DNA of 64,000 bases from Methanocaldococcus indicus. GTDB taxonomy: Archaea > AGJL01 > Methanococci > Methanococcales > Methanocaldococcaceae. Both the position numbers and the translations under genes were made by a program. Positions 38,283 to 50,955 of this stretch are shown here, in pieces; within the stretch, counting starts at the first letter, position 1, and the number at the start of each line of letters is the position of its first letter. The notes under the pieces are model-generated. The model was not told the DNA's origin. It worked only from the letters and a program-made list of their open reading frames with translations, and ran no database searches. The stretch is taken from positions 864,001 through 928,000 of the forward strand of contig NZ_CP186926.1 in the NCBI RefSeq assembly GCF_049554935.1, in the 5' to 3' direction.

Positions 38283-39113
38283 TCAATTTTTAATTTTTAT
38301 AGCTGTTTTAGTTCCATCTTTTAGAGATTTTAGGAAATTTTCTAATTCTTCTAAGAATTTTTCTTTATTTTCAATTTTATAATTATTTGTATATTTTTCA
38401 ACTATCTTTACAATAGCACTACCTACAATAGCTCCATCAGCTATTTTACAAATCTCTTCTACATGCTCTTTTTTGGATATACCAAAACCTACACATATTG
38501 GAAGGGATGTTTTTTCTTTAACTTTCTTTATATAGTTTTTAGTTTCTTCTTTTACTTTGTCTCTTTCCCCAGTTATTCCTGTTACAGAAACAGCATATAT
38601 AAATCCAGATGCTTTTTTTAGTATTTTATTTAATCTTTCTTCTGTTGTTGTTGGTGCTACTAAAAATATTAAGTCAATACCATACTTTTTGCATATATTA
38701 TAGAGAGATTCACTCTCTTCAACTGGTAAATCTGGAACTATTAAGCCAGATATTCCTGATTCTTTTGCTTTCTTTACAAAATTTTCCTCTCCCATCTTAA
38801 ATATTATATTATAATACACTAAAAATACTAATGGTTTATTAGGATATTTTTCATTTAGATATTTTGCTAACTCAAAAGCTTTTAATGGAGTCATCCCAGA
38901 TTTTAGAGCTCTATAATCAGCTTTTTGAATAGTTAATCCATCTGCAACTGGGTCAGAGAAAGGTATTCCTATTTCTATTATATCCCCATACTTACATAGC
39001 ATTTCAAAAGCTTCCTTAGAATCTTCAAAGTTTGGGTCTCCTGCTACTAAAAAAGGAATAAATGCTTTTTCCTCTTTTTCATTTAATTCTTTAAATTTCT
39101 CTTCAATTTTCAT
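38283..39113 (-). CDS. trpA: Tryptophan synthase alpha chain
   Basis: EIGIPFSDPVADG, VPDLP, GFGIS and ADGAIVGSA. Confidence 0.97.
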   Translation of the reverse strand: MKIEEKFKELNEKEEKAFIPFLVAGDPNFEDSKEAFEMLCKYGDIIEIGIPFSDPVADGLTIQKADYRALKSGMTPLKAFELAKYLNEKYPNKPLVFLVYYNIIFKMGEENFVKKAKESGISGLIVPDLPVEESESLYNICKKYGIDLIFLVAPTTTEERLNKILKKASGFIYAVSVTGITGERDKVKEETKNYIKKVKEKTSLPICVGFGISKKEHVEEICKIADGAIVGSAIVKIVEKYTNNYKIENKEKFLEELENFLKSLKDGTKTAIKIKN

Positions 39114-39129
39114 TTTTTCACTTCTATAT

Positions 39130-40329
39130 TTAAATTTCTTTTCCTAATGCCTTAGCAACTGTTTGCACATCTTTGTCTCCTCTTCCAGATAGATTAACAA
39201 CTATAATATCATCTTTATCATACTTATCAGCTATTTTAAATAAATATGCTAATGCATGGGAACTCTCTAATGCTGGAAGTATTCCTTCTAACCTACACAA
39301 CTGTTGAAATGCATATAATGCTTCATCATCAGTTATTGGAACTGGTTTTATCCTACCTAAATCCTTTAAAAAACTTAACTCTGGACCAACTCCTGGATAA
39401 TCTAATCCAGCAGATATGGAATAACTTTCCTCAATTTGTCCAAATTCATCCTCCTTCACATATATCTTAGCACCATGTAAAACACCAACATCTCCACAAC
39501 ATAAAGAAGCTCCATGTTCCTTTGTATTTATTCCCTTACCTCCAGCTTCAACTGCATATAACTCAACATCATCATCTAAAAATTCATAAAAACAACCAAT
39601 AGCATTGCTACCTCCACCTACACAGGCAATAATTGCATCAGGTAATCTACCCTCTTTTTTTAAAATTTGCTCTTTAATCTCTTTACCAATAACTCTTTGG
39701 AATTCTCTAACCATTAGAGGATAAGGATGTGGCCCAAGAGCAGAACCTAAAAGATAATAGGTAGTTCTAACATTAGTTGTCCAATCCCTTAAAGCTTCAT
39801 TTACAGCATCTTTTAGTGTTTGTGAGCCCCCATAAACAGGAATAACCTTAGCACCCATTAACTCCATTCTAAAAACATTCAACTTCTGTCTTTCAACATC
39901 CTTAGCCCCCATATATATATGACACTCTAAACCAAGTTTTGCACATACTGATGCAGTTGCAACACCATGCTGTCCAGCTCCTGTCTCAGCTATAACTCTC
40001 TTCTTACCCATTTTCTTAGCTAATAAGGCTTGACCTAATGCATTATTTATTTTATGTGCTCCTAAATGGCATAAGTCCTCTCTTTTTAAATATACTTTTA
40101 CATTCAACTCTTCACTTAATCTTTCAGCAAAGTATAGAGGTGTAGGTCTTCCAGCATAGTCCTCTAAGAGTTTATAAAACTCCTCTCTAAAATTTCCTTC
40201 ATTTTTTATCCAAAATCTTTCAAAAGCTTCTTCTAATTCTTCAATAGCAGGCATTAATGTTTCTGGAACAAACTTTCCTCCATATATTCCAAATTTTCCA
40301 TTCTTATCTGGATATTTATCTTTAATCAT
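39130..40329 (-). CDS. trpB: Tryptophan synthase beta chain
   Basis: [16 protein letters not shown] and [11 protein letters not shown]; likely start ATG 40329. Confidence 0.97.
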   Translation of the reverse strand: MIKDKYPDKNGKFGIYGGKFVPETLMPAIEELEEAFERFWIKNEGNFREEFYKLLEDYAGRPTPLYFAERLSEELNVKVYLKREDLCHLGAHKINNALGQALLAKKMGKKRVIAETGAGQHGVATASVCAKLGLECHIYMGAKDVERQKLNVFRMELMGAKVIPVYGGSQTLKDAVNEALRDWTTNVRTTYYLLGSALGPHPYPLMVREFQRVIGKEIKEQILKKEGRLPDAIIACVGGGSNAIGCFYEFLDDDVELYAVEAGGKGINTKEHGASLCCGDVGVLHGAKIYVKEDEFGQIEESYSISAGLDYPGVGPELSFLKDLGRIKPVPITDDEALYAFQQLCRLEGILPALESSHALAYLFKIADKYDKDDIIVVNLSGRGDKDVQTVAKALGKEI

Positions 40330-41171
40330 TATTCCTCCCATGGTAGTTTTTTATACTCCCTCTTTATATCAGGAACTTCTGAAAATACATCTAAATTTAT
40401 ATTTTCCAATAAAAAACTATCAAACTCTTTTATATTTTTTAGCAAGCAACCTTTTATAGTTATGTTTGTTTTCTTGTTTATCTCTCTCATTTTATAAACA
40501 GTAAGTAATAAATCTCTTAGTGAGCCAATTTTACTTTTATCTATATTTAAGGAATTAATAATTTTTTTATCATAAATAATTAAATGATGAACTAAAATCT
40601 CATCTACATCTAATTTAGCAATATTTAATAAATCATTTTCATTAACACCAGGAATGTATATAGTTCTTACAATTGTATGAAAATGTTTATTTGCTAATTG
40701 AATATTTTCTATGACTCTATTAACAATATCTTTACCACATAGTTTTTTATATGTATCTATTCCTGGGAGGCTAATCATAACAATATCTACACCTAAATCT
40801 TTTAACTCTAAAATTTTATCTTCATCTAAAAGAATCCCATTAGTTTGTAAATCCACTCTTAATCCCAAATCTTTAACATACTGAACAGCTTTCTTAACAT
40901 CTTCATATTTTAAAAGAGGTTCTCCATATTGAGAAATAGTAACAGCTTCACACTCTTCTAAATTTCCATAAATTCCTCTTTTAACTTTTTTCAGCTTAGA
41001 ATAACAAAATAAACAATTTAAATTACATGATTGAGTTAGTTCTATTGATGGATGATGATAAGGATTATCTTTTTCAGTTATTCCTTCACAACCATAGCAA
41101 TGTTTAACATACTTTAACTCTTTAACTAACTTTTCCAAAATTTTAGAAGTCTCACTTCTCAAAACTATCAT
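40329..41171 (-). CDS. Radical SAM protein of unknown function
   Basis: [15 protein letters not shown] and QTNG. Confidence 0.85.
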   Translation of the reverse strand: MIVLRSETSKILEKLVKELKYVKHCYGCEGITEKDNPYHHPSIELTQSCNLNCLFCYSKLKKVKRGIYGNLEECEAVTISQYGEPLLKYEDVKKAVQYVKDLGLRVDLQTNGILLDEDKILELKDLGVDIVMISLPGIDTYKKLCGKDIVNRVIENIQLANKHFHTIVRTIYIPGVNENDLLNIAKLDVDEILVHHLIIYDKKIINSLNIDKSKIGSLRDLLLTVYKMREINKKTNITIKGCLLKNIKEFDSFLLENINLDVFSEVPDIKREYKKLPWEE

Positions 41172-41182
41172 AAAGCAAACCT

Positions 41183-41890
41183 TTAAAATCTTACTCTCCT
41201 TTTAATTCCTTCATATAAATCAATAATATTTCCATTTAAAAATGCACTCATGGTGTAAATAACTCCTGGAGGTAAAATTGATATTGGAGTACTGTTCCTT
41301 ACAAAATATAAGTTATCAAAAGCTAATAAAGCACCATAAATTATAGTTGATAGCTTTTTTATATCTTCAAGTTCTTTAACAGCTATTATAACAATTGGGT
41401 CATCTGTATCTTTTCCAGAATAACCTACACCTTCAATTTTTTTGTATTCATAACAGACAGATGATGATGCCTCATAACCTAATTTTTTGGCTATTCTTTC
41501 AACATATAGAGCATAGTCATTAACTACACTCTCTCCTCCATAAGTGTCAAAACCTAAAACTATTGCATCACCATATTTTGAAAGTGATTTAACATATGTA
41601 TAAGAAACACCTTCCTTAGCCTTATCTTTATCTTTTGAAACTCCATTTAAATCATCAAAACCTTCTGCATATTTATATAGAATCTCAAAAATCTTTTTAT
41701 TGTGGAATTCTAACAACTCTTCAGGGATTAAAGAAGTTATAACAATATCATCTCCAGTTACATTAGATACTCTACTCAAAATGTTGTATTTTTTGAGAGA
41801 TTTTAGTTCTTTGTTTATGTTATCAACTATCTTCATATTAGCTTCAACATCATTGTCAAATATATCAACTCCAAAACCTACAATATACAT
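41183..41890 (-). CDS. Conserved hypothetical protein
   Basis: 235-aa ORF in operon context; no motif recognised. Confidence 0.7.
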   Translation of the reverse strand: MYIVGFGVDIFDNDVEANMKIVDNINKELKSLKKYNILSRVSNVTGDDIVITSLIPEELLEFHNKKIFEILYKYAEGFDDLNGVSKDKDKAKEGVSYTYVKSLSKYGDAIVLGFDTYGGESVVNDYALYVERIAKKLGYEASSSVCYEYKKIEGVGYSGKDTDDPIVIIAVKELEDIKKLSTIIYGALLAFDNLYFVRNSTPISILPPGVIYTMSAFLNGNIIDLYEGIKRRVRF

Positions 41891-41899
41891 AATTAAAAC

Positions 41900-43735
41900 C
41901 TATAATAACTCATCTAATGAATAAACTTCTATTTTTTTATTTCTGACTGATTCAATTGCATTTACTAATGCCTTAGCTCCTGATATGGTTGTTACATATG
42001 GAATTCCAAAATCAACTGCTGCTCTTCTTATATAATATCCTTCTGATTTTGCTCTTTTTCCTGATGCTGTATTTATAATTAAGTCAATCTTTCCTTCTTT
42101 TAAGAGAGATATTATATTATCTGTTGAACTTTCAGAAATCTTTTTAACTAATCTGACTGGGATATTGTGCTCTCTCAACTTATTAGCTGTTCCTTCTGTT
42201 GCATATATATTAAATCCTAATTCATGAAGTTTTTTAGCAATCTCAATTATTTTATCTTTATCTCTATCTTTAACACTTATAAAGACATTACCTCCATTAA
42301 TAGGAATTTCCATATTTGCAGAGAGTTGTGATTTGTAGTATGCTAAACCAAAATCTTTATCTATTCCAATTGCTTCTCCTGTTGATTTCATCTCAGGTCC
42401 TAAGACAGGGTCTACTCCTGGCAACTTTAAGAATGGAAATACAGATTCTTTTATTGATACATATTTTGGTTTTGTTATAAACACGTTCTCTTTAACTTCT
42501 TCTATTCTATGTTTATATTCCTCTAAAAGTTCATTTAATTTTTTTCCAACTATAACTTTGGTTGCCAACTTAGCCAATGGAATTCCAACAGATTTACTTA
42601 CATAAGGGACAGTTCTTGAAGCTCTTGGATTTGCTTCTAATACATAAACTTTTCCATCCTTAACAGCATACTGAATATTAATCAATCCTTTAACATTTAA
42701 AGCTCTTGCTATTTTAGCTGTATAATCAATAACTTTATCTATAATCTCCTTTGGTAGAGATTGAGGAGGAATTACTGTTGCTGAATCACCACTATGAACT
42801 CCTGCTTCTTCAATATGCTCCATTATTGCTCCTATTAAAACTGTTTCTCCATCAGAGACCGCATCAACATCTAACTCAATAGCATCCTCTAAAAACTTAT
42901 CTATAAGTATTGGATGTTCTTCTGAAACTTTGACAGCCTCTTTTATATACTCTTTAAGTTGTTCTTCATCATAAACTATCTGCATTGCCCTTCCTCCTAA
43001 AACATAGGAAGGCCTAACTAAAACAGGATAACCTATTTTTTTAGCTACTTCTAATGCCTCTTTTTCATTGTATGCAATCCCACCCTCAGGTTGAGGGATA
43101 TTTAACTCTTTCAATAGTTTAGAGAACTCTTCTCTATCTTCTGCTTTATGTATATTTTCTGGAGATGTTCCTAATACATTAACTCCATACTCTTTTAGTT
43201 TAAGAGCTAAATTTATTGCTGTTTGCCCTCCAAATTGGACAATAACTCCTAAAAATTCTCCATTTTGTTTTTCTAAATCAACAATATTTAAGACATCTTC
43301 TAATGTTATTGGTTCAAAATAGAGTTTATCTGATGTATCATAGTCAGTAGAAACAGTTTCAGGATTGTTGTTTATAATTATTGCCTCAATTCCCATCTCT
43401 TTTAAAGCTAAAACTGCATGGACAGATGAATAATCAAACTCAATACCTTGTCCAATTCTTATAGGCCCAGAACCTAAAATAATAGCTTTCTTTCTATTAG
43501 ATGGATATGATTCATTCTGTTCATTATAAAATATCTTTTCATAAGCAGAGTAATAATAAGGTGTTTCAGCTTCAAATTCTGCTGCACAGGTATCAACCAT
43601 TTTATAAATAGGAACTATTCCCAATTTTTTTCTTAATTTTCTAATTTCATCTTCTTTCATATCTAAAATGTGTGATAACTGTTTATCAGAAAATCCTAAC
43701 ATTTTAGCTTTTAATAGTATCTCCTTTATATCCAT
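41900..43735 (-). CDS. carB: Carbamoyl-phosphate synthase large subunit, C-terminal half (split carB)
   Basis: YKMVDTCAAEF, GSGPIRIGQGIEFDY, RPSYVLGG and the MGS domain; 611 aa. Confidence 0.95.
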   Translation of the reverse strand: MDIKEILLKAKMLGFSDKQLSHILDMKEDEIRKLRKKLGIVPIYKMVDTCAAEFEAETPYYYSAYEKIFYNEQNESYPSNRKKAIILGSGPIRIGQGIEFDYSSVHAVLALKEMGIEAIIINNNPETVSTDYDTSDKLYFEPITLEDVLNIVDLEKQNGEFLGVIVQFGGQTAINLALKLKEYGVNVLGTSPENIHKAEDREEFSKLLKELNIPQPEGGIAYNEKEALEVAKKIGYPVLVRPSYVLGGRAMQIVYDEEQLKEYIKEAVKVSEEHPILIDKFLEDAIELDVDAVSDGETVLIGAIMEHIEEAGVHSGDSATVIPPQSLPKEIIDKVIDYTAKIARALNVKGLINIQYAVKDGKVYVLEANPRASRTVPYVSKSVGIPLAKLATKVIVGKKLNELLEEYKHRIEEVKENVFITKPKYVSIKESVFPFLKLPGVDPVLGPEMKSTGEAIGIDKDFGLAYYKSQLSANMEIPINGGNVFISVKDRDKDKIIEIAKKLHELGFNIYATEGTANKLREHNIPVRLVKKISESSTDNIISLLKEGKIDLIINTASGKRAKSEGYYIRRAAVDFGIPYVTTISGAKALVNAIESVRNKKIEVYSLDELL

Positions 43736-43827
43736 AATTTACCACCAAGCATAAAAATAGATTTATAAATATTATAAATCTTAGTCAAAATAATTAATTA
43801 AACATAAGTAAATAAAAGTTTCTAAGA

Positions 43828-44835
43828 TTGATGACTATGATTGAAATTGATGGTAGTTATTTAGAAGGAGGAGGACAGATAGTTAGGACAGCAATAGCTT
43901 TGTCGGCTTTAACTATGAAACCTATCAAAATATTTAATATCAGAAAGAAGAGGAAAAATAAAGGATTATCATATCAACATGTGGCATGTGTTAAAGCTGT
44001 AAAAAAGTTATGTAACGCAGATGTTGAAGGATTGTATGTAGGTTCTGAAGAACTTATATTTATCCCAAAAAAACTCTCTCCAAAAAATTTTAAAATAAAT
44101 ATTGGAACTGCTGGGGCTGTTACATTAGTTATTCAGTCATTATTACCTCTATCATTAGGAATAGATAAGAGTTTTGAAGTTAAAATTATTGGAGGGACAG
44201 ATGTTAAAAATGCTCCAACTGTTGATTACACAAAATATATAACCTTAAAAATTTTGAGTAGATTTGGAGTAAATAGTGAATTAAAACTAATAAGGAGAGG
44301 ATTTTATCCAGAGGGAGGAGGAGAAGTTATATTTAAATTAAAACCTTCAAATATACAAAAGATAGATTTAGTTTATCATTCAAAATCAAAAGATGTCTAT
44401 GGAGTTAGCTATGTGCAAAATTTGAAAGAAGATATTGCAAGAAGAATGAGGAAAAAAGCTGTTGATTTGTTAAATAAGAATAAATTAAATCCTAATATAA
44501 AAATAGAAGTAAGTAAAGGTTTATCAACAGGAGCAGGAATATTTTTGTGTAATGATACTATTGGAAGTAGTTATTTGGGAGAGAAGGGTTTAAGAGCTGA
44601 AATTGTAGCTGAGAGATGTGTTAATTTTTTATTGGAAGAAAGAAACTCAAATATGGCATTAGATAGATATATGGGAGACCAAATAATTCCTTTCTTAGCT
44701 TTTGGAAAGGGAAAAGTTGGAGTATCTAAGATAACAAATCATACAAAAACAAATATGTGGGTTGTAAAACACTTTTTAGATGTTGATTTTAAAATTATTG
44801 AGATAGATAATGGATACATAATTGAAGTTACATAA
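43828..44835 (+). CDS. rtcA: RNA 3'-terminal phosphate cyclase
   Basis: [24 protein letters not shown] and TNHTKTN. Confidence 0.95.
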   Translation: MMTMIEIDGSYLEGGGQIVRTAIALSALTMKPIKIFNIRKKRKNKGLSYQHVACVKAVKKLCNADVEGLYVGSEELIFIPKKLSPKNFKINIGTAGAVTLVIQSLLPLSLGIDKSFEVKIIGGTDVKNAPTVDYTKYITLKILSRFGVNSELKLIRRGFYPEGGGEVIFKLKPSNIQKIDLVYHSKSKDVYGVSYVQNLKEDIARRMRKKAVDLLNKNKLNPNIKIEVSKGLSTGAGIFLCNDTIGSSYLGEKGLRAEIVAERCVNFLLEERNSNMALDRYMGDQIIPFLAFGKGKVGVSKITNHTKTNMWVVKHFLDVDFKIIEIDNGYIIEVT

Positions 44836-44963
44836 ATATATTCAAATATTCATTTTTTTTTGTTATTAATTGTTGTAATGGTAGTTAATAGTTATGACAC
44901 AACCATAACCTTTATATATGAATATGAAAAATAATTTATAGTATTTATGGAGGTGATGTATTA

Positions 44964-45251
44964 ATGAAAAAAGTAAATATTTCTGAAGAAGCTAAGAAAT
45001 ATATCTTAGAAAAGTTATCAAAAGTAAATAAGGACAGTGTAATAATAACATTTGAAGGTTTTGGATGAGCAGGACCAAGATTTGGGATTGTTATAGATGA
45101 ACCAAGTGATAAGGATATTTTAGTATATGACAAAGATTTTAAAATATATCTTGACCCTATTGCAGCTCAGTGGCTTCCATCAGTAGATATACAACTAAGA
45201 AGAAGCATATTTGGAAAATATTTAAAAATAAAAGGGTCAAGTGAGTGCTAA
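44964..45251 (+). CDS. HesB-like selenoprotein (UGA35 = Sec; not in the ORF track)
   Basis: MKKVNISEEAKKYI...FEGFG-TGA-AGPRFGIVIDE...SSEC*; the frame stays open after TGA 45066-45068; RBS GGAGGTGA. Confidence 0.88.
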
Positions 45252-45280
45252 CTGGGAACCCTGTTAAGGGACCAGTTAGC
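45247..45280 (+). promoter_or_regulatory. Archaeal SECIS element
   Basis: GCTAACTGG-GAA-CCCT-GTTA-AGGG-A-CCAGTTAGC: stem, GAA/A internal loop and C-G-rich upper stem. Confidence 0.85.
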
Positions 45281-45905
45281 TCAATAAAATATAGATTCCT
45301 AAGATGATTAATATCAACCCAGAAATTTTATTTACTAATTTGAAGTTTATTTTTTCTAATATCTCTTTTATTTCAATTCCTACTAAATTTATAAAAATAA
45401 GAGGAGTTCCAAATCCAAGTGCATATATAAATAAAGAAATAAATCCAAATAAAATATCCTGTTTTGTCGCAATATAAGATAATATACTTACTAAAACTGG
45501 GTCTGCACAGGTGTTTGCTAAAACTCCATAGAAAAATCCAAATAAGAAAGAGCCAAAATATTTTGTTTTATTATTTTCTAAAATAATTTTTGTTATTTTG
45601 TTGAATATCTTACTATTTCTTTTAATAGTAATTGGTAAGTATTTAACTCCAAACTTTTGAGCCAACTCTTTGTTTTTATCTACATCAATCTCAATAACAT
45701 TATATCCTTCTTCTTTTAACTTATTAATTGTTGGTTTTAATGCTTTACAATATCCACACCACTCTGCTTCAAAAACTAAGATAGTTAAATTTTTATCAGT
45801 TGTTAGGTTAATTACATTAGTGTTGATTTTAATATTTTCATTATTGTTGGATATACAACCAATCAATAAAAAACTTAATAATAAAAGAAAATTAGAACTT
45901 TAATA
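45276..45905 (-). pseudogene. Thioredoxin (WCGYC) joined to a CcdA/DsbD C-terminal fragment; probably disrupted
   Basis: The thioredoxin fold breaks off at LPIT and only one CcdA Cys region (NTCADP) remains. After RBS AGGTGA there is no ATG, and the lipoprotein-like leader is out of frame. Confidence 0.55.
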
Positions 45906-45908
45906 ATT

Positions 45909-46388
45909 TCACCTTAAAATTAGAGCATTTGTTGGGCAAATATCTTCACATCTTCCACATAGGACACATTTATCTTTTGATATATTTATTTTCTCATTAT
46001 CTTGATATATTGCCTTAAAAGGACAATTTTTTAGACAAATTAAACAACCTATACATCTATATTTTATATAATCTAAATATCTGTAAGATAAAACTTCATA
46101 CACATTTATATCTCTATTTACTTTTCCTTTTATTTTTACAATTTCAATAGCATTGACAGGACAAACTTTGACACATTTTCCACAATGGACACATTTACTA
46201 TCATCTATATTAACTATTGGAGGATTCTCTTTTATTGCATCAACAGGACACTCTAAAATACATAGAAAGCAACCTATACATTTATCCTCATTCAAATAAA
46301 TAAATCTTTTATTAAATTCAATATCAAAATTGTAATGTATTTTTCCATTTTTCAACCCAAATTTTTCATTTATTATTTTCTTTATCAT
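45909..46388 (-). CDS. Polyferredoxin (four CxxCxxCxxxCP motifs)
   Basis: Repeated 4Fe-4S motifs. Confidence 0.9.
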   Translation of the reverse strand: MIKKIINEKFGLKNGKIHYNFDIEFNKRFIYLNEDKCIGCFLCILECPVDAIKENPPIVNIDDSKCVHCGKCVKVCPVNAIEIVKIKGKVNRDINVYEVLSYRYLDYIKYRCIGCLICLKNCPFKAIYQDNEKINISKDKCVLCGRCEDICPTNALILR

Positions 46389-47553
46389 GGCTATTAACCT
46401 TCTCTTTTATTAGTTTAATAAGTTCTTCTTTAACTTTTGTCTTTAATATGTTAATTAGTTCTTCCTTAACTTCACCATATTTTTTAGTATAAAGCTCTAA
46501 ATCTTTCTCCATAGTCTCTAAAATTCTGTCTTCAATTATTCTAACATTTATTATTTTGTTGGCATTCTCTTTATTATCTAAATAGATTGCATCAACAGGA
46601 CATTTTTTAGCACATAAACCACAAACAACACACCTATCTGGAATAATATAAGGAATTTTTAATTTTTTGCTAATTTCAATAGCATTAACCTTACATACCT
46701 TATAACAGATTCTACAACCAATACATAACTCATCATTGATAACATAAGTCTTATCTTTATGTTTAGGAATAATTTTACTCTCTAATCTTATAGCTCCTGT
46801 TGGACAAACCTCTAAACAATATCCACATTTTATACATTCAACAACATTGTAGTTTTCTAAATCTATCTTCCCTGGACATATTTGAGAACAACTTTTACAA
46901 TTTATGCAGATTGACTTTGAAATGTGAGGAATATTTGGAATTCTTTCTTTATACTCCAACTTATTAGTTTCTTTTTTTATCTTCAATTCAAAGAACTTAT
47001 CAATCTTTTCTTTTAGAATTTTTTCATTGACAACTACTATAGCATTTATAGGACATGCTTCTAAACATCTCTTACATGAAATACATTCAGAGACATTAAT
47101 ATGATAGCTATCTTCTCTCTCATGTATTATATTTATTGGACATGCATTAGCACACTCCCCACAGAGAACACATAACTCACTATCAATCATTAAAAAATTG
47201 TATTTTGGTTTATTAAAGAACAAGCCTTCTGTTTCCTCTCTATGTTTATCTATCTCTAAAACAGCAGTTGGACAAACCTCTACACAATTTGCACAGGCAA
47301 TACATGAATTATCATCTATATAAGGGATTTTTTTTGAATATTTTTCAGTTTGATAGTTAATCATTTCAATAGCAAAAGCTGGACAACTCTCTTTACAAGC
47401 TTCACAAGAGATACATTTTTCAGGATATTTAACAAGAGGTGGGACTTTTCTATATCTCTTTGGAGGAATATAACTTTCTTTTTCAGGTTTTGCATTAATA
47501 ACTTTTTTAATTTTTTCAATTAATGTATATAAGTACCAAATAGAAGAAGCCAT
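46366..47553 (-). CDS. Polyferredoxin, energy-converting-hydrogenase-associated type
   Basis: Eight CxxCxxCxxxCP-type motifs; MASSIWYLY N-terminus. Confidence 0.88.
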   Translation of the reverse strand: MASSIWYLYTLIEKIKKVINAKPEKESYIPPKRYRKVPPLVKYPEKCISCEACKESCPAFAIEMINYQTEKYSKKIPYIDDNSCIACANCVEVCPTAVLEIDKHREETEGLFFNKPKYNFLMIDSELCVLCGECANACPINIIHEREDSYHINVSECISCKRCLEACPINAIVVVNEKILKEKIDKFFELKIKKETNKLEYKERIPNIPHISKSICINCKSCSQICPGKIDLENYNVVECIKCGYCLEVCPTGAIRLESKIIPKHKDKTYVINDELCIGCRICYKVCKVNAIEISKKLKIPYIIPDRCVVCGLCAKKCPVDAIYLDNKENANKIINVRIIEDRILETMEKDLELYTKKYGEVKEELINILKTKVKEELIKLIKEKVNSHDKENNK

Positions 47554-47749
47554 AAACTTTCACCATTTAAAATATTGGCAAAAAACATTTAATAATTTTT
47601 GAATTATTAAACCTATTAGTGGTGTTATTGAATTTTCTAATAGATTAGATTAATGAGATTTTCGATAAATTGATAAATATTTAGTGTTTGATAATTTTTT
47701 TATTTTATGTATTAAGCTATTTATTAGTTAATTGAATATATGGTATATT

Positions 47750-50005
47750 ATGAAGTCTGTTAAAGTTATAGTTAAGGGAATTGTGCAAGGTGTAGGATTT
47801 AGGCCATTTATATATAGATTAGCAAAGAAGTTAAATTTAAAAGGTTATGTAAAAAACCTTGGAAATGTTGTAGAGATTCATTTAGAAGGAGAAAATATAG
47901 ATAAATTTTTATCTCTCCTTAAAAAAGAAAAACCTCCTTTAGCTAAGATTGAGTATATTGAAGTAGAAAAAACTACACCTAAAAATTTTAAAGATTTTGA
48001 GATAATAAAAAGTTCTGATTATTCAGATTTGGGGATAATTCCTGCTGATATATCAATATGTGAGGAATGTCTAAAAGAGATATTTGATAAAAATAATAAA
48101 AGAAGATATTTATATCCTTTTAATTCATGTGTTGATTGTGGGCCAAGATTTACAATAATTTATGACTTACCTTATGATAGAGAAAATACATCAATGAGAG
48201 ATTTTCCACTATGTAGTGAATGTTTAGAGGAATACAACAATCCAGAGGATAGGAGATTTCATGGAGAAACTATATCCTGTAAGAACTGTGGGCCTTCTTT
48301 ATATTTAACTGATGGAAATGAAATTTTAGCAGAAGATTACAACTCCATTTTATTAGCTAAAAAGTTATTAAATGAAGGTTATATATTAGCTATAAAAGGA
48401 ATAGGAGGCTTTCATTTAGCATGTAGAGTAGATAATGATGAAACTCTTATCAAGTTAAGAGAAAGGTTAAATAGAAAGACTCAACCTTTTGCAGTTATGA
48501 CAAATTTTGAGAATATTAAACTATTTGCTCACTATGATGAAGATGAAAAAAAAGCTCTACTCTCTAAGGAGAGACCAATAGTTATATTAGATAAAAATGA
48601 AGATTATCATAACTATTTTTCTAAGTATGTTTCAAATCTAAATACTATTGGTGTCTTTTTACCTTACTCTGGATTACATTATCTCCTTTTAAAAGATGAG
48701 TTTGCTTTTGTTATGACCTCTGCTAATCTCCCTGGATTACCTATGGTTATTGATGAGAGTGATATTGAGAAATTAAAGGGCATAGCTGATTACTTTTTAA
48801 TTCATAATAGAAAAATTGTTAATAGATGTGATGACTCTGTTGTAAAAAAGATAGCAGATAGAATTGTTTTTTTGAGGAGAAGTAGAGGATATGCTCCTGA
48901 ACCAATAGATGTAAATATAGAAAATGATAAAATTATCTTATGTGTTGGAGCAGAGTTAAACTCAACAGCATGTTTAGTTAAAAAAAATAGATTTTATCTT
49001 ACACAATATATAGGTAATACTTCAAAATATGAAACTTTTTTATTTTTAAAAGATGCTATAAAAAGATTGTTAAAATTAACTAAAACAAATAGAATAGATT
49101 ATGTAGTTTGTGATTTACATCCTCAATATAACTCTACTAAGTTGGCTTATGAACTATCAAAAAAATTTAACTCTAAACTTATTAAAGTTCAGCATCATTT
49201 TGCTCATGCCTATTCTTTATTAGGAGATAACAACTACTTTGATGACATTTTAATCTTTTCTCTTGATGGAATGGGATATGGATTAGATGGAAATATTTGG
49301 GGAGGGGAGGTATTATTATACAAAGATAAAAAAATGGAAAGAGTAGCACATCTTGAAGAGCAAATACAAGTTGGAGGAGATTTAGCTGTTAAATATCCTA
49401 TTAGAATGTTGTTCTCCATCTTATATAAAGCAATTGGAGAAGAGGCTAAGGAATTTTTAAAAAGATATTTATCAGAAAGAGAAATTAATATTTTAGAGTT
49501 TCAACTTAAAAAGAATATAAACTGTTTTATTACAACATCAACAGGTAGAGTTTTAGATGCTATATCTTCTCTATTAAATATCTGTCAAGAGAAAACCTAT
49601 GATGGAGAACCTGCTATAAGATTAGAAAGTGTAGCTAAAAAATATGATAACTTAGAAATTAAACCAAAAATAAAAAATAATATCTTATTAACAACTCCTT
49701 TAATTGAGGAGTGCTATAATATGTATGTTAATGGAGAAGATATTAGTAAGATTGCATATTTTTCACATATGTATATTGCAGATGGTTTATTTATGTTGGC
49801 TAAAAAATACCTTAAAGATGTTGATACTATTGGACTTACAGGAGGTGTTAGCTACAACAAAATTATAACAGAAAGAATTTATAACTTAGCTAAAAGTGAA
49901 GAATATAACTTTATTTATCATAGAAGAGTTCCTAATGGTGATGGTGGAATTAGTTTTGGGCAAGGTGTTTATTTATGTTTATCTCAACTCCAAGATATAC
50001 AATAA
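47750..50005 (+). CDS. hypF: Hydrogenase maturation carbamoyltransferase
   Basis: Acylphosphatase domain, two zinc fingers, [15 protein letters not shown] and PNGDGGIS. Confidence 0.96.
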   Translation: MKSVKVIVKGIVQGVGFRPFIYRLAKKLNLKGYVKNLGNVVEIHLEGENIDKFLSLLKKEKPPLAKIEYIEVEKTTPKNFKDFEIIKSSDYSDLGIIPADISICEECLKEIFDKNNKRRYLYPFNSCVDCGPRFTIIYDLPYDRENTSMRDFPLCSECLEEYNNPEDRRFHGETISCKNCGPSLYLTDGNEILAEDYNSILLAKKLLNEGYILAIKGIGGFHLACRVDNDETLIKLRERLNRKTQPFAVMTNFENIKLFAHYDEDEKKALLSKERPIVILDKNEDYHNYFSKYVSNLNTIGVFLPYSGLHYLLLKDEFAFVMTSANLPGLPMVIDESDIEKLKGIADYFLIHNRKIVNRCDDSVVKKIADRIVFLRRSRGYAPEPIDVNIENDKIILCVGAELNSTACLVKKNRFYLTQYIGNTSKYETFLFLKDAIKRLLKLTKTNRIDYVVCDLHPQYNSTKLAYELSKKFNSKLIKVQHHFAHAYSLLGDNNYFDDILIFSLDGMGYGLDGNIWGGEVLLYKDKKMERVAHLEEQIQVGGDLAVKYPIRMLFSILYKAIGEEAKEFLKRYLSEREINILEFQLKKNINCFITTSTGRVLDAISSLLNICQEKTYDGEPAIRLESVAKKYDNLEIKPKIKNNILLTTPLIEECYNMYVNGEDISKIAYFSHMYIADGLFMLAKKYLKDVDTIGLTGGVSYNKIITERIYNLAKSEEYNFIYHRRVPNGDGGISFGQGVYLCLSQLQDIQ

Positions 50006-50955
50006 TTGAAGAAGATGCTATTCAAAAACTTCCATATATCTTAGAAAAACTAAATTTAAAAAAACCTTTGGTAGTAACAGGGAAAAACACTAAAAAATAT
50101 AATATTTTTGATTTTGATTATATCTATTATAATGAATTAGAATCTTTTAAAGATAAAAATTATGATTCAATTATTGGAATTGGTGGGGGGAAAGCAATAG
50201 ATTATGGAAAATTTTTATCATACAAATTAAAAGTTCCTTTTATAAGTGTTCCTACAACAGCTTCAAATGATGGCATCTCTTCTCCAATAGTATCTATAAA
50301 ACAACCTTCTTTTATGGTTGAGGCTCCAATAGCAATAATAGCAGATATAAACATTATAAAAAATTCTCCTAAAAGATTAATAAGAGCTGGAATAGGAGAT
50401 GCTCTCTCAAATATAACCGCTGTTTTAGACTGGAAATTAGCATATAAAGAAGGAAAGGAAAAATATTATAGTGAGAGTTCTGCAATATTCTCATGGACAA
50501 TAGCTAATGAGTTAATAAACTATATTCTAAAATCTAAAAATTTGAAAAATTTAGTTCCTAAGTTAGTTAAGGCATTGGTTGGTAGTGGAATAGCTATATG
50601 TATAGCCAACTCATCCCGTCCAGCTTCTGGAAGTGAGCATCTTTTTTCTCATGCATTAGATATGTTAAAAGAGAAATATGATTTTGACTCTTTACATGGA
50701 GAACAGTGTGGTTTAGGCACAATAATGATGAGCTATCTTCATGAGATGGAAGATAATTCTTTAAATATACATAAAAAAATAAAAACTGCATTAGAGAAGG
50801 TTAAAGCTCCAACAAAATTAAAAGATATTAATATTGATGAGGATATTGCCTTAGAAGCGTTGTTAATAGCCCATAAAATTAGAAAAAGATGGACAATATT
50901 GAGAGATGGTTTATCTAAGAAAAAAGCTCAAGAATTGATAGAATTAATAAGTTAA
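49975..50955 (+). CDS. egsA: sn-Glycerol-1-phosphate dehydrogenase
   Basis: [33 protein letters not shown] and LHGEQ. Confidence 0.94.
   Translation: MFISTPRYTIIEEDAIQKLPYILEKLNLKKPLVVTGKNTKKYNIFDFDYIYYNELESFKDKNYDSIIGIGGGKAIDYGKFLSYKLKVPFISVPTTASNDGISSPIVSIKQPSFMVEAPIAIIADINIIKNSPKRLIRAGIGDALSNITAVLDWKLAYKEGKEKYYSESSAIFSWTIANELINYILKSKNLKNLVPKLVKALVGSGIAICIANSSRPASGSEHLFSHALDMLKEKYDFDSLHGEQCGLGTIMMSYLHEMEDNSLNIHKKIKTALEKVKAPTKLKDINIDEDIALEALLIAHKIRKRWTILRDGLSKKKAQELIELIS

Noticed and set aside
41900-43735. carB as a truncated pseudogene
   Set aside because: A split CarB is known in Methanocaldococcus; the ORF has its own start and intact motifs.
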